Source: Cycas panzhihuaensis
Taxonomy: Eukaryota; Plantae; Cycadophyta
DNA length: 64,000 nt
Assembly (NCBI GenBank): GCA_023213395.1
Contig: CM041465.1
Location: 160,463,741-160,527,740 of the forward strand
Reading direction: 5' to 3'
Part shown: one piece after another, positions 12,080-25,169 of the stretch
Position numbering within the stretch: position 1 is the first letter of the stretch
Layout of the letters: each line of letters opens with the position of its first letter
The notes under the pieces: model-generated
Seen by the model: only the letters and a program-made list of their open reading frames with translations
The model's database searches: none
What the model was told of the DNA's origin: nothing
Made by a program: the position numbers and the translations under genes

Positions 12080-12700
12080 TGATCAATAGAAAAAGAACTA
12101 GCTAGTATAAAAAAACTTATTGATACTTACAATAATAAACTTACCTCTTAATCAACCAAATAATATAAATCAAATAACTATATCTTATGTATGCAAGGAT
12201 ATCCTAGTGTTAATAATATCCATTTCACATCCTAATAAATCTAAGAAATTTTAAAGTATTAGTATAAAATCATACATTCTAAGACTTTACTACATCTGTC
12301 GATAGATTGAAGTCAAAATCAAATGGAAAATCTCCTAGTAATAATCTTCATCCTACAAGAAAAGGCATATAAAAATTTAATATTTTTGTAATAAACATCT
12401 ACTAATGAATTGTAATTAGTCTATAATTGCATCAACTTATTCAAGTTTGTCATTGTAAGTTCTAGTAAGTACAACTCAATGATATAAATTCGATGATTAT
12501 AATATTCTTTTATTAGTAAGAGGTAATATCGAACCAATTATTATCTCAATTAGGTTTTGAAGATGAAACATTTTAAGGAGAAGGTATTGTTATGAATCAC
12601 CTTGAATAAAGTAATCAACTAATTATTTGAGTTTATTTCATGGGCAAAACATCTTAAGAGGGAGGAATTATTATGAACCTCCCTAAGGTTAATTAATTGA
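12080..12700 (+). mobile_element. Highly degraded 3' fragment of a gypsy chromovirus (integrase tail/chromodomain, PPT, LTR start)
   Basis: Traces of 'Y..KLP' and 'EVKIKWK' (~12309-12330). AAGGAGAAGGTAT followed by TGTTATGAA at ~12575-12596. A second PPT-like tract at ~12657. Confidence 0.35.
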
Positions 12701-12899
12701 ATATTAAATGAATGGATGCCTCTTGAATAGTTATAACCTTTTATAAAAAAAACTTATTATAGACATATAAATATGGCCTCAAATGTATTACAAATCATGA
12801 CATATATTTTATCAATCAATCAATTGGTCTTTTAACTTTTTAATTTAGATATACTCTTATGTACTTTCTTAAAAAAATTGACTATCTCCTCAAGTTATA

Positions 12900-14591
12900 G
12901 AAAAGGTATGTAACAGAATATGACTCGCATTAGGGATAGTTTTAACTCTTCCATCCCTAAGCTAAGCCTTCACCCTTCCATGACCTATAATTGTATATGG
13001 GTAATGATCTCCAAAGAATAATTTACCTCCATTAATATTTTTATATTTATAGAACCACTTCCTATGGGGAGTAATATAAAATGAGACACCTGGGTCAATT
13101 AATCAAGACTCAACATTTGACAACTTATCTTAGGTTACCAAATAAACATTGTTATCAACTTCCTTGAAGGCTTTTGCTACCATGGAAGAAGTAGCTACAG
13201 GTGACTTTTCTTTATCAACCTTGGCTCAACATTGGCTCTTCCAATGGTCAACCTTCTTACATCTCCAGTATACTAAGAGGCTCTTACCTGGAGATTTAGA
13301 TTTCCCTCTAGATTTTGTCCATTTGTTCCTAGACCTTTACTAGTTGTAATCTAATATTCGACCTCTCACTACTAATGCTTCTTTTGAATGATTCTTAGAA
13401 TATTTTCATCTTATCTCTTTTGACAGTAGGGTAGTAATAATATTTTCAAATTTCAAGGTGCTACTAGTTATACTACTAATCATCATCATCAGATTATCCT
13501 AAGAATTAGGAAGTGAACATAATAGCATAATACACTTGTCTGCCTCAAATATTATTATCCCAATTAAAATAAGCTAGCTTACCATAATGTTAAATATGGT
13601 AAGATGATTTACAACCATATCTCTATCACTCATCCTAAGTTAATATAACATTTTTTGAAGAAATAACTTATTAATAAGGGACACAGTCTGATATGTATCC
13701 ATAAATCTTTAGTCATAATCTTTATAGCAACATTCAATAACATCATGTCTAAAAGTCATAATCTTATCAAATTGATTAATTTTTATTAAGGTTCTTCTAG
13801 TCTTTATTAGCCACATTTATAGGCTTCACTTCTTCCATATTGATCTATCAATCCTTCTCAGTGAGGATATCTTCTATCTTTATCCTTTACAACTCAAAGA
13901 TTTGGCTATTGAACTTTTAAATTTCTTTCTTCACGGTCATTTCCATAATCTTTGGACTTAACATCATCAAACAAGGCTTCCACTTACTAAATGGCTTCCT
14001 ATAGAACTAAAACCCTTAACTCTAATACCAAATAAAGAGAAAATATAACTATGGAAGTAATGTATTAATAAAACTCTAAACCATGCAAAGAATAAATACT
14101 TAAAATAAACTAAGCACACAATAAAGAACACTAAGAAATTCTAGTCTAAGCATAGTTATTTTACTAACCTGAGAAACAACTTAAGAATTATAGATATAAA
14201 AATCCCAACTCTCTTCTCATCAACTTATCCAAGACTCATCCAACCTTCTTATATATGTCATTACATAATAATATATAAACATAAATTTACAAGATACTAC
14301 CTTACAGTTTTACAATATAATAGGTATAAACCATGGGTCGAAAAAGACCACCATAAGATATAAAAAAAAAAATTATCAAGCGATCTTACCCCTCAACCCT
14401 TGCTTAGAGGATCGTTAGTCCCCCTAACACTCTAAGTAGGGGCCCTATAATAGGCCCACAGACCCCATAAAGGGGACTGGATGTAATGTCTATATTCATA
14501 TAACACTTGTAAAGTGTTTATCATATCCAATAGAAAAACATATGGAGAAATTTGTCCATATTTTATTTTATGGGTATTCTCATTACCAACA
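12900..14591 (-). mobile_element. 3'-truncated copia element (Tnt1/Tork-like gag-protease, PBS, 5' LTR)
   Basis: Minus strand reads MEMTVKKEI*KFN..FEL..KIEDIL from ~13947 and protease '*LIDPGVSFYITPHRKWF' at ~13050-13105. PBS (rc TGGTATTAGAGT) at 14019-14030. LTR ~14033-14591, right edge tentative. Confidence 0.75.
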
Positions 14592-16821
14592 ATGGAATCA
14601 ATGATATGCTCGACCTTCTATATAAATAGATGTAAATGTCAATTATTCCTCTTCAGTTATTAAATTAAGGGAGAAGTAGGATTTGAGTTTACTTATCCAT
14701 GTATGAGTATTAGCTTTATTTAAATCCAAATTGAAGGTAGGAATATTGACCTTATATTGAAGTTGTCGCTAACGTGGAGGAGGGTTACTAGATTACAATG
14801 CTAGAGTCATGTTCCCTAAAGATTAGGAGTTTAATTGAGATGATTTCACTAAAATCTAAGCTATTCAATTTAGTATTATTATGATATCTAACTTAGATGT
14901 AAGAGCAGATATATTAGATTTCACCTCTTTTTAAAAATTCAAGAATTAAGTTTCTAATATAGAAATGCATTCTAGTTGAGATGTAGAAGCCATTATATAA
15001 AAGGAAAAGACTTATAAGAAGTTAGACACAAGTAAGAAGAAGGGAATATAAGAAAATAAGATGAGTAAGATAGAAGGAGAATGTACCGAATTAGGATTAG
15101 ATAGATAAAATGATGCATGGATATTGTACTTAAGAGAAGAGCAAAAGAAAGAATGGAAAGTGGGGGGGGGGGGGGGGGGGATGGAAGGGTGTCTATAGCT
15201 TGTTAACCTTAAAAATAGGTAAGAAAATTATATATTGAACTAAAATAAACATGAAAAGTTCATAAAAAATGGTATAGATGAGATTCTAATAAAAATCTTT
15301 TACCCTAGGACCCATGGGCATCATATGAGCAATTTTCACTAAAAAATGCTATTAAAATTAACCTAATACAAATTAATCAATGTAACAAGTTGATTAAAAT
15401 AGAATGTATGAATTGCTAATGTAGATTTTTTAGTATGGATAAATCTTTTTTTTTCCTAAGAGTCCAATGGTACAAGTTCCATGAAAAATAGAGAAGTATT
15501 TCCTGAAGTGACCCTATAAACTCTTTTTGCCCTTTTCTTTTTCTATTTTATAAGAGAGTTGACTAAGAATGGGAGATAGATAAGTATTATATTATTTCTT
15601 ATATGTTATTAATCTTTAGGTTGTACCACTATTGTAGGTTTACCCTGTATATTTTTAGATGTGTAATAGCTTTAGGGGTTTATATTAGGAATTATAATAG
15701 TCTCAATGATTGATAATCTTGATAATTTTAGAAATATAATAATATGAGTAATTTTTTTATGAATACTTTTATTAAGAAAGTGGTAGATATGAAAAGAGGG
15801 AGCTTGCCAAACATTAACAAAGGATTATTTGGCTCTACAAGCCCTTTAATAAACTTCCCTATCAATACTATTGCTCAGCCTAATATCTCAAGGAACTACC
15901 TATAGAGGAATATATATCTCCATAAGGTCAATAGTCATGTAGGGGTGTTTGTAAAGGATAGCTTTTTTATGCTAAATGCTAACCCATGTACCACAAAGGG
16001 ATAACTAACCAATAGGTTTCCTATTCTAGGTTGGAAGGAGGAACCTAAATGGGTTCTCTAATATACCTAATGGTTTATAGAGTCTTACTTCCATAATTGG
16101 GTTATGTCTGAAGCTTGTATAAGTATTATTATACTACTCCATGTCATATACTAATTTATGGCCATGCATGCTTAACTTAGAATAACAAATCCTCTTAATA
16201 TTTAAAGACCCCTGGCATAGGGTCTCTACCTAACCACTAAGGAAAAAAGGAGGGACAAGGTGAAACTATGTTACCTACTTCTAGATTGATAGACTTATAA
16301 TAAATTCAAACTAGAATAAATAAAATGATAGAGAAGGGTTTATAGTGATATACCAAGGAAAAAATGTTCCTTCCTCCTCAACTTTCTTCAAGCTTATTAC
16401 TTTTATTAGATCTAAAATCTAGCTATGATACCACTTAGGATATAACTATAACACTTTTCTCACACACATAATGGGTAATGGAGAAATAAGTAGGAAATTT
16501 TTAGCACTTATATTATCAAAAGAAATTAATTATAAAATTGAAGGACACTAAAGAGTATAAATGGATACTAAATAGAATTGAAGAATACCAAAGCACTAAT
16601 ACCTTAAGAGAAATTGATTACACAATAGCCTTCCTTTACAATTTATGGCCCTTAAATAGACCAAAGAGAGTGTTTCACTATAATCTTATTAGTGAACCAA
16701 GTGGTCTTATATTTTATTAGTGGATTTAATGGCCCATGCATAAAAGTTAATAACTATCACTTAACCTCCTTGTGCCTTAACCTTGAGTGATAGTATCTTG
16801 GTTCTATTAGCTACATGTGAT

Positions 16822-16828
<7 letters not shown>
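14592..16828 (-). mobile_element. Truncated gypsy element (gag N-terminus, 1.4-kb leader, PBS, 5' LTR)
   Basis: Minus strand 'KVNIPTFNLDLN..THTWISKLKSYFS' at ~14668-14755 resembles the gag of element D. PBS (rc TGGTATCATAGC) at 16422-16433. LTR ~16436-16828 abuts a microsatellite. Confidence 0.6.
15162..15180 (+). repeat. G19 homopolymer
   Basis: Directly visible. Confidence 0.95.
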
Positions 16829-16877
<49 letters not shown>

Positions 16878-16878
16878 G
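16826..16878 (+). repeat. Compound (AC)n(AT)n microsatellite
   Basis: About 20 AC units followed by about 6 AT units. Confidence 0.95.
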
Positions 16879-17556
16879 TATAAACTCTATAGGGTTTTAA
16901 TGACTACTATAATTTTCTTTTTTCAATGACCTTTCTCTAAGTTTTATTTTAACAGTGAATCTATTATTTGGATACTTACAATAGCCTCCAAAATGAGGTA
17001 TAATAAAACCATTGTTAAGCCAATAATCTCTTTAAAAAGACTTGAATTTATGGCCAACATTGAGAATAGCATGCAATATTATTTTGGACCCACATGCTTG
17101 AGAATAATAAGCTACAAAATAGAAATTTTTAAGGCATTTAACCTCCTTAAAAAAAATAGCTTCAAAAAGGTATTTGTAATGTCTTCAATAAATACATGTA
17201 TATTATATAATTTTGGTGCCATATATATTAAAAAATTAGTCATTGAAAACCATTTTTCAAAATTAGAAAATGCCTTTATTTTATAATCATCTTTATAATA
17301 TTATAACCCTAAAAAGCTTTAAAATTGTCCTAAAAAGATATCAACAACTCTTTAAAAATAACCCCAAAAAACATACTTACAATGCTTCAAAAAATACATA
17401 AAAAGTTACAAATATTAAGTACAAACTAGGTTTTAAGAACACATCAAATTTATGAAAACAATGACTCTAAAGAAATTTTAAAAATAGGCTCTAACACATC
17501 CTCCCTAAAATATTTAACCATTGGATTTGATACCACAATGTTAGTTTTTAGGGATA

Positions 17557-17961
17557 GCTCTGATACAATAATGTTGGGTTGACAACATATAAAAGCTGAT
17601 AGACAATGAAACAAATTTAACTATGACTAAAACTAAAATAAGAGGTGAGTGAAATATGAATCAAATAGAGAATAAATATATGAAATATATACACATATAA
17701 AAGAATAATAGATATAGAAGAATAACCAAACTTTATCTGATTCAAAGAATCAAGTACATATATATAATACGTCTCACCTCAAATGGAGAACCTTTTAAGG
17801 TCAACATTTATGTACTCTCATACATTTCAAGTGGTATATATAGTAAAGTAATTATAATATAAAATTAATAAATATTTGAGAGAATAAAGAGAGATTGAGA
17901 TTATGACTTATATAATTAGATATTACTATCCAATATTTTTAACTCAAACTTATTTCCAACT
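17557..17961 (-). repeat. PBS plus 5' LTR of a truncated minus-strand LTR element
   Basis: GCTCTGATACAA at 17557-17568, then TGTTGGG (17572)...TTCCAAC (17960). Confidence 0.55.
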
Positions 17962-18124
17962 TTTGTTTTTCTTTGGTTTATTATGCTCTCAAGCAAGCTC
18001 TTAATATCATTTGATTTTGATATGCTCTATAAGATTATAATCCAAGGTCCTAATAAGCTTTGCTTTAAGATTATGCATCTCTATCTCTAGTAATTCATAA
18101 CCTCTTTAGGATCTTATGATTTAT

Positions 18125-18684
18125 ACTTTGATACTATGTTAGAAAATAAATTTACTATGATATTCATGTTTTAAAAATACCACATGATGATCATATTGAT
18201 ATATCACATTGTTATAAATTAGAGAAAATAATAATCTTCAATGTTAAATAATGAATCAAGTAATCAATATTGAAACATAAGTTTTATAATGAAAAATTCA
18301 AGAAGGGAAAATCACATTCTAATATGAGATCTCATTAATATCAAATGATACATAATGATAATGGTGTTCCTTCTAAGAGTACACTAGTCTTCACAAGAAA
18401 GAACCAAGTATCCACTTAGTTATCCTTGAATATACTTTATCTTTATATAGAATAGGTCACCTTACTATGAACTAGCAATATATCATCAAATATCCACTAA
18501 TTAGATTATATATTATATACGATCAATCGTGTGTATACCTTGAGTAATAACTCATGAGAATCTATGTGAGCTAAAGTATATCTCAATAATACTAACCCAT
18601 GAGAGTATAAATGCTTGTGCATCATAATGCATAATATTTTAGAGATTTTAACTCAAGAAGTCTATTTTAATATTATTTCTAATA
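18125..18684 (-). repeat. PBS plus 5' LTR of another truncated minus-strand LTR element
   Basis: Degenerate PBS ACTTTGATACTA directly followed by TGTTAGAAA (18137)...TTTCTAATA (18684), terminal inverted repeat with CA>TA. Confidence 0.6.
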
Positions 18685-18976
18685 GATAGTAATTTATAGT
18701 GTATTTTGATTAAATCAACAAACATCATTGTAGGTTTCATAGGTTACTTATGTAGATTGGTATGGCCTTCTTTGATTTTATATCAGTCTTACATTATAGC
18801 CTTTCAATTACTTTTGTGTCATGTTATACTTCCTTATCTTCTTTAAAAGTACCTAAATGAATATGGTATAAGTCATTCAAATACTCTTAGTTCATCCTCT
18901 AAATACATCTTTGAGGTCACTAAAACTTATAGTGCTTAGGTGTTTTCATTTCTACTTAGAGGCCTATAGGTATATT

Positions 18977-21900
18977 TGTACAAAATTAGAGTGACTCAAA
19001 CAAAAAACTTAACACTATTAATGAATTAAAATTATTTTCCTTCATTATAATGATAATATAGTACCGCATATTTATATAAGAAAAACTTAGTTATATAAGA
19101 TTCAAGTGTATGGCATGCAAGACTTATTAAGTCTAATATCTAAAGTATAAAAAATATATATATGGTATAAAATAGAATGTACAATAGAATAGAATGATCA
19201 TTAATTTAACACCCCCACTTGATGATTATTCTATTTGATTTTTACCCCTATCTATTCTCTAAATAATTTAAATTTGTTCTTGCTTAGGGTTTAGTGAATA
19301 TATCTACGTGATGTACTTTACTAAGGTAATAGATTAACTCCATTTATTTGTTATGAGTCTTATCCCTAATGAATTAATAGTGAACCTCAATATACTTGAC
19401 TTGAGTATAAAAGATGAGATGTTCTACAAGCTTCATTACACTCTAGTTGTTATAGTTATTCACTATGAGAGGATGTTGAGCTTGTCCTAAGTCTTCCATT
19501 ATTTTTTTCAATTAAATTTCTCTATAGGTGACTCACATAGCTACTTTATTCAAATTTGATTAAGGATAAGATAACTAAGGGTTATTTATTTCTACTCTAG
19601 GATATTATTCTTGATCTAAGATTAAAGTAGCATCCATATGTTGACCTCCCATCATTGCCTTATTTTACCAAATTAGAATAATTGAAACCTACAAGTCTAA
19701 AATCCTACTTTTGGGTCGATTATAGAGAAAAGTTTATGGTTCCTTATATATACCTCAAGATTCTTTTATCTACTCTCTAATGTATTTTTGAGGGAGTGTT
19801 TATAAATCTTGATGCAATGCCTGTAGTGTACATGATGTTAGGATGAGTGGATGTAAGGTAGATTAAACTCTTATCCACATTTTTATATGGGGTTTCATTA
19901 ACCATGGGACTTTGTTCTTTTGTAGTTAACTTATACATATTTTATATGGGAGTAATAATAGGTTTGTATTCAGTCATTTTAAACTTAATTAAAAGTTTTT
20001 TAGTATGCTTAGTTTGAGTTAAGAATATCCTACCTCTTTCTTGTATTACTTATAATATTAAGTAATAATACAATGGCCCCATATCTATCATGTTAAATGT
20101 TTACAAAAGGTCTCCTTTCAAATGCTTGATTCCTACTTTTTCATTTCGTGTAATATATAGGTCATCAATATAGATAACTATAATAGTGATAGGACTAGTA
20201 CGATTGACCTCTATGTAAAGGCTTGAGTCAAATTCACTTATTTGAAAGCCATTCTTTTATAGATATTGATCTATATTAGTATACTATGCTCTAAGATCTT
20301 GTTTTATATTCCTCTCCCATTTTAATGAAGCTAGGGGGTTGTTCCATCCAGACCTCTTCTTTAAGATCTTCATTTAGGAATGCACCTTTTACATCCATTT
20401 GATAGATATCTCATTCGAATTGTGTAGCTAGATCAAAAATTGGATCATGATAAGTATCATTATAGGAGCAAAAGTCTCCTCATGGTTAATACCCTCTACC
20501 CAAGGTTAATAATTAAACTTCATATTTTTATATTACCTTATTAAACTGATATTTAGTTTTAAACAACCATATCTATTTGGCAATTTACTTATCCTTCAGT
20601 AGCTCTGTTAATTCCCATGTGTTATTCCTTTGGATAATTGAGACATCATTCATAGAATTAATCCAAACTTTATTTTCATGTGCTTCTTCAAAGGATATAG
20701 TCTTATCTATGCTTAAGACATAATTAATAGAAATTAGGTTTCCTATATAACTTTAAGATTTGATTTTCCTTCTTTCTTTGATATTTGAGAGATTGATCCC
20801 CAAGTCCCAAATAGTTAAGAGATACCATTTTGGAATCCTTCTTTATGGTTGATTTTCAATTTTTATTTGGTGATGTTTGTTATGAGAACTTGCATTTTTA
20901 GTTATTATGTTTTCTCTTGGTTTAGTTTGAACTTGATTTTCAACAACTATAGGTATGATTTTTGGTATGTCTTCCTCTTTTTCTATTAATGGGATTTCAA
21001 TTAATGTGAAATTTTCTTTAAATGTCACATCTATACTTATGATTACTTCCTTCATTCTAAGTTTTATGCATCTGTAGGCTTTTGATTTTGAGTTGTAAGC
21101 TATAAAGATGCATTTGATGCTATCTTCTTTAAGATTTGCCCCTTTTTCGTTTAGGACCTAGACAAAGGCAATGTTTCTAAATAGTTTTAAATAACTAACT
21201 TTTAGCAAGCTTCTTTTGGAATATTTTCTTTAACTACTTTTATAGGGATTTTGTTTATAAGATAGACTATGATGGTAATCATTTTGTCTCAAAGCTTGGT
21301 TGATACTCCTTTTCTTTTCAATATATTTTTGTCATTTCTATAATAGTTATATGTTTCCTTTCAATTACTCTATTTGATTGAGGAGTGTAAGTTGTTGTTA
21401 GTTACCTTTTAATTCTGTAGGCCTTGTAGGATTTATAAAAGTCATTTGAGATGAATTCTCCTCCATTATCAAATTTGAGAATATTAATTTTCTTATCTCT
21501 TTATATTTTAGCATAAACTATTAATTTTGTGAAGATGTTGAATGCATATAGTTTATTTTCTAATGAAGTAAACCTAGATTTTCCTTGTTAAATCATCAAT
21601 GAAAGTGATGAAATATTTTTCTACTCTATGTGATGTACTTTTCATGGGTTTGCACTGATCACTATGAATAATTTATATTTTGTACATTGCTCTCTAAGAA
21701 GATGGTAGGAATTTATTCTTATGTCATTTCTTAAGCATGCATCTTTACATATTTAATCATTTTCTTTATTGTTTAGAAAATAATTTAGCATGTTAATTTT
21801 TTAAAACCAAATTATATTTTGATAACATAGGTACCCATATGTTAAATGCCATATTTTATTTATAGAATTTTCATTACTTACAACATAAGCTTATAAGTAT

Positions 21901-24287
21901 GGAGCTACTATGAACTTGTAAAGGCTATTTTCTTCATTTCATTTAGTAATAATTTTAAGATTTTATCTTTTTTCATAGGCTTTGTCATCTTTAAACTTAA
22001 CTTTAAGTTATTTTTTAATCATTTAAGAAACTGAGAGCAGATTCTTTTCTAGACCCAAAACAAAAAGGACATCTCCAACTTTCTTGATTTTACCATTTGA
22101 TATCCTCATGGGAATGGCCCCTCTTACCCTAACAAAATGTATGGTAATGTATCCAAGTTCAATAACACTACCTTCATGGTGATGGTCCATACTTTCAAAT
22201 GAGTCTTTCTAATATGTCATGTTTGGATGCTCTTGAATCATCGTACCAATTATCCGGTGAAGTAATCTTGGTGGACAGAGCAATAGTAAAGGCATATTCT
22301 TCTTTATTTTATTCCTACTCCAAAATGTTACTAGAGTATCTCTTCCTCTTTTACATATCAAATTTCCTCTTTCTATAATCTCTAATGATGTGTCCTAGTT
22401 TCTAATAGTAATAATAGTTCATTTTCTCTACCTTGATGATATCTTCTTTAGGAGCTTTAAGTCTTAGTTTGAAGGCTTCTAGTTTAATTTCTTCATCAAA
22501 CCTTTTATTCCTAAGTTCCTAATAGAGCATGAGACCATTAAGCTCCTAAAAAATCATGGTGTTAATAGTTTTAGAAATGATGAATCAAGTCACTAGATTT
22601 TCAAATGACCTAGGGTGTTTATTTAAAGTAAGTTGCATTAGTTCTTTATTATTATTAATCTTTTCTTTAACTATACTTATTCTCTTATTTCTCTTATCTT
22701 AGTTAAGAAGCTCTTCTTATATTTCTCCTTTTAACTTAATATTATATAGAGATTCCTCTATATGTATGATTTTTGTTGTGCTTTTAAAATCAAGCATTAA
22801 TTATAAGATGACCCATGCTCCATGAGATGTTATGTTAAAGATATATGGGAAAATATGATCTCCAATTAAAAGAATAATTGTTGCTATTACTATTATGTTT
22901 TTTCCTTAGAAGATTTTGACCTCATTAGGGATAGGTGGGGATTTTTCAATTCTGTCTATTATTTTCCATGCATTCTTAGTAATTCCCTCATCATTTTCAT
23001 CTTCCAAGTGTTATAATTTTCTTAATTGAGCATGTCTTACTCAAGTAGAGAATAAATAATAGTTATTTCATAATTATATTAGAGATTTAGGAGTGCTAAG
23101 AAAGTAAAAATTAACTAGGGAATACCAAAGAATTAGGTCCTTCACACAACACATATAATAAATAATATTTATCCTTTAAATTATCTTAGAGTCGCCTTTA
23201 AAAGAATTTACTTAAAGATTATATAACTTTCTTTATTAACATCTAGCCTAGAGAAAATTTTACAAGAATGTTAAACTTAAGGTTTATTGGGTTTGCTTCA
23301 AAATCAATTTTAGTAATCACCACTAAAGAAGAAATGCTTTGTGATTATCTTAATTGGATTTTATTTGGGTAGATATTGAAGTAAACATAATTAAAATTAT
23401 GGTTAGAGGGAGAACCACCAATGGTAATAGGGTCTTAAAGGCACTAAAGGTCATAATTAATCACTAAGATACTTAATGCAAACACAAGAGGCCACCATTA
23501 AAAAATCATACATGAAGCAAATGAAACTAATATTAGCATTAGGCCATAATGACTAATGTTTAGGTGATATCCAAAAGGGTCCCATGGTGATCATTAGATG
23601 AAAGGTAATAAGCATAAACCCTCTTTCAACTTATTGCATGAATCTAAAATCATCACTAAAAATTTAACAAAGACAAGAATCAAGAAGTAGAAAGAGGGAT
23701 CAAAATTCAAGATATAGTATCACTACCATAGAACAATCCTATGATGTCACATATATATAAACCATGAACTAAAGTTAGTGATTAAGCATGTTCAAAAGGA
23801 AATCTTGCATATAACAATACTGTGTATAAGATGAGTTAGATGAGACAATAAGGAAAAAATACTATAAGATATTATTATCTTTTATATGGAATTATTACAC
23901 CAACTATGTAAATATTTGATCAGAAATGCAACCTAGAGAGTGTTAGGATAATCAACCCTTCTCACACGATTCAACTGCATGTGATCTTGTCCCTACTATG
24001 AAGCCTCCAATTAGTGGTCCTTTTAATGTTCTTTATAAAACCTACTTTAATGCTATATAGGAAATCAAAGTGACTTGAATAAAAAACTCAACACTATCAA
24101 TGAAATAAAATTACTTTCCTTCATTGAATAATAATAATGTATTATGGTATATTTATACAAGAAGAACTTACTTATATTAAAGACAAGTCTACAGTTTGCA
24201 ACACTTGTTAAGTATAACATTTAGAGTACCAAAAAAGAATGTCTATGGTATAAAATATAGTAGAATAGAATGATAATTAATTTAACA
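18977..24287 (-). mobile_element. Full-length degenerate Ty1/copia element
   Basis: LTRs 18977-19211 and 24056-24287 (diverged). Perfect TSD ATATT (18972-18976 / 24288-24292). PPT rc at 19212-19219. Degenerate PBS at 24044-24055. Confidence 0.9.
19235..23071 (-). pseudogene. Copia gag-protease-integrase-RT-RNaseH, pseudogenised
   Basis: Copia domain order on the minus strand. Integrase 'YFITFIDD' ~21590-21615, 'YTPQSN' ~21370-21390, RT 'MDVKGAFLN' ~20372-20398, 'YIDDLYI' ~20153-20173. Confidence 0.88.
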
Positions 24288-25169
24288 ATATTAGTCCCAT
24301 TAAATGCTTAATGGCAAATATAATTTGATAAGGGTCATTAAAAATGTTGAGTGTCTTCAAGGAGTTTTTGATCTTTTATATCCACTCATTTGTGATTATA
24401 TCTCCATTTAATGAGTAGGTTTGTATCCTTATATTAATCTAAAAAGTCAGTGCCTTTCAATCATCTGTGTATTTTTGTCATTAGTATGCCAATGATAGTG
24501 ATTGATGCCTTCATGGGCAAAATATATAAGCATTTTTTAATTCTTATTAATGTTAGCTTTTAAGCTAGTTATCCTTTCTTCTATTCCATATATGTAGTCT
24601 CCTAAGTTAATTAAAGGGAATTGAGGCATCCTTTCCCCTTTTCTATACTCTACTATAGTGGGCTTCTTTATTCTTGAGAACAACTCTAATGTCCTTCATA
24701 AATGCACAATAAAAGGGTAGTTAAGATAAATTATTTTTCTAAAATTTAGCATCCATATCAAATTTATCAACAGGATCATATAACAAATATGCATTCAAAC
24801 ATAAGAAGTAGAAAGTAGGAAATATTAGAAAAGCATAGTGTATATGTATGCAAATATTTACAAATAGGTGTGATAGGTAAATTGGTTATACCACATATAT
24901 AAATTTTGGTAGAGCTTCCACATACATAAAAAGTCCATTTTTAAATTCAGGGAGGGAGGGATCATGCTTAATTTATAAGCCAATGATGCCTGAATATAAA
25001 TAATATGATTGGTCAACTTAGCAATAAAGGAGGTGGATGCGACCATAATACAAGTTATAAACTAATTTATAATAAGGGTTTTCCCTTATGATATAATAGG
25101 TACATAATACATGTAAAATATTTTACATTAGGGTGTTATTAGATGTTCTAACACCCTCCCGTAACAACA

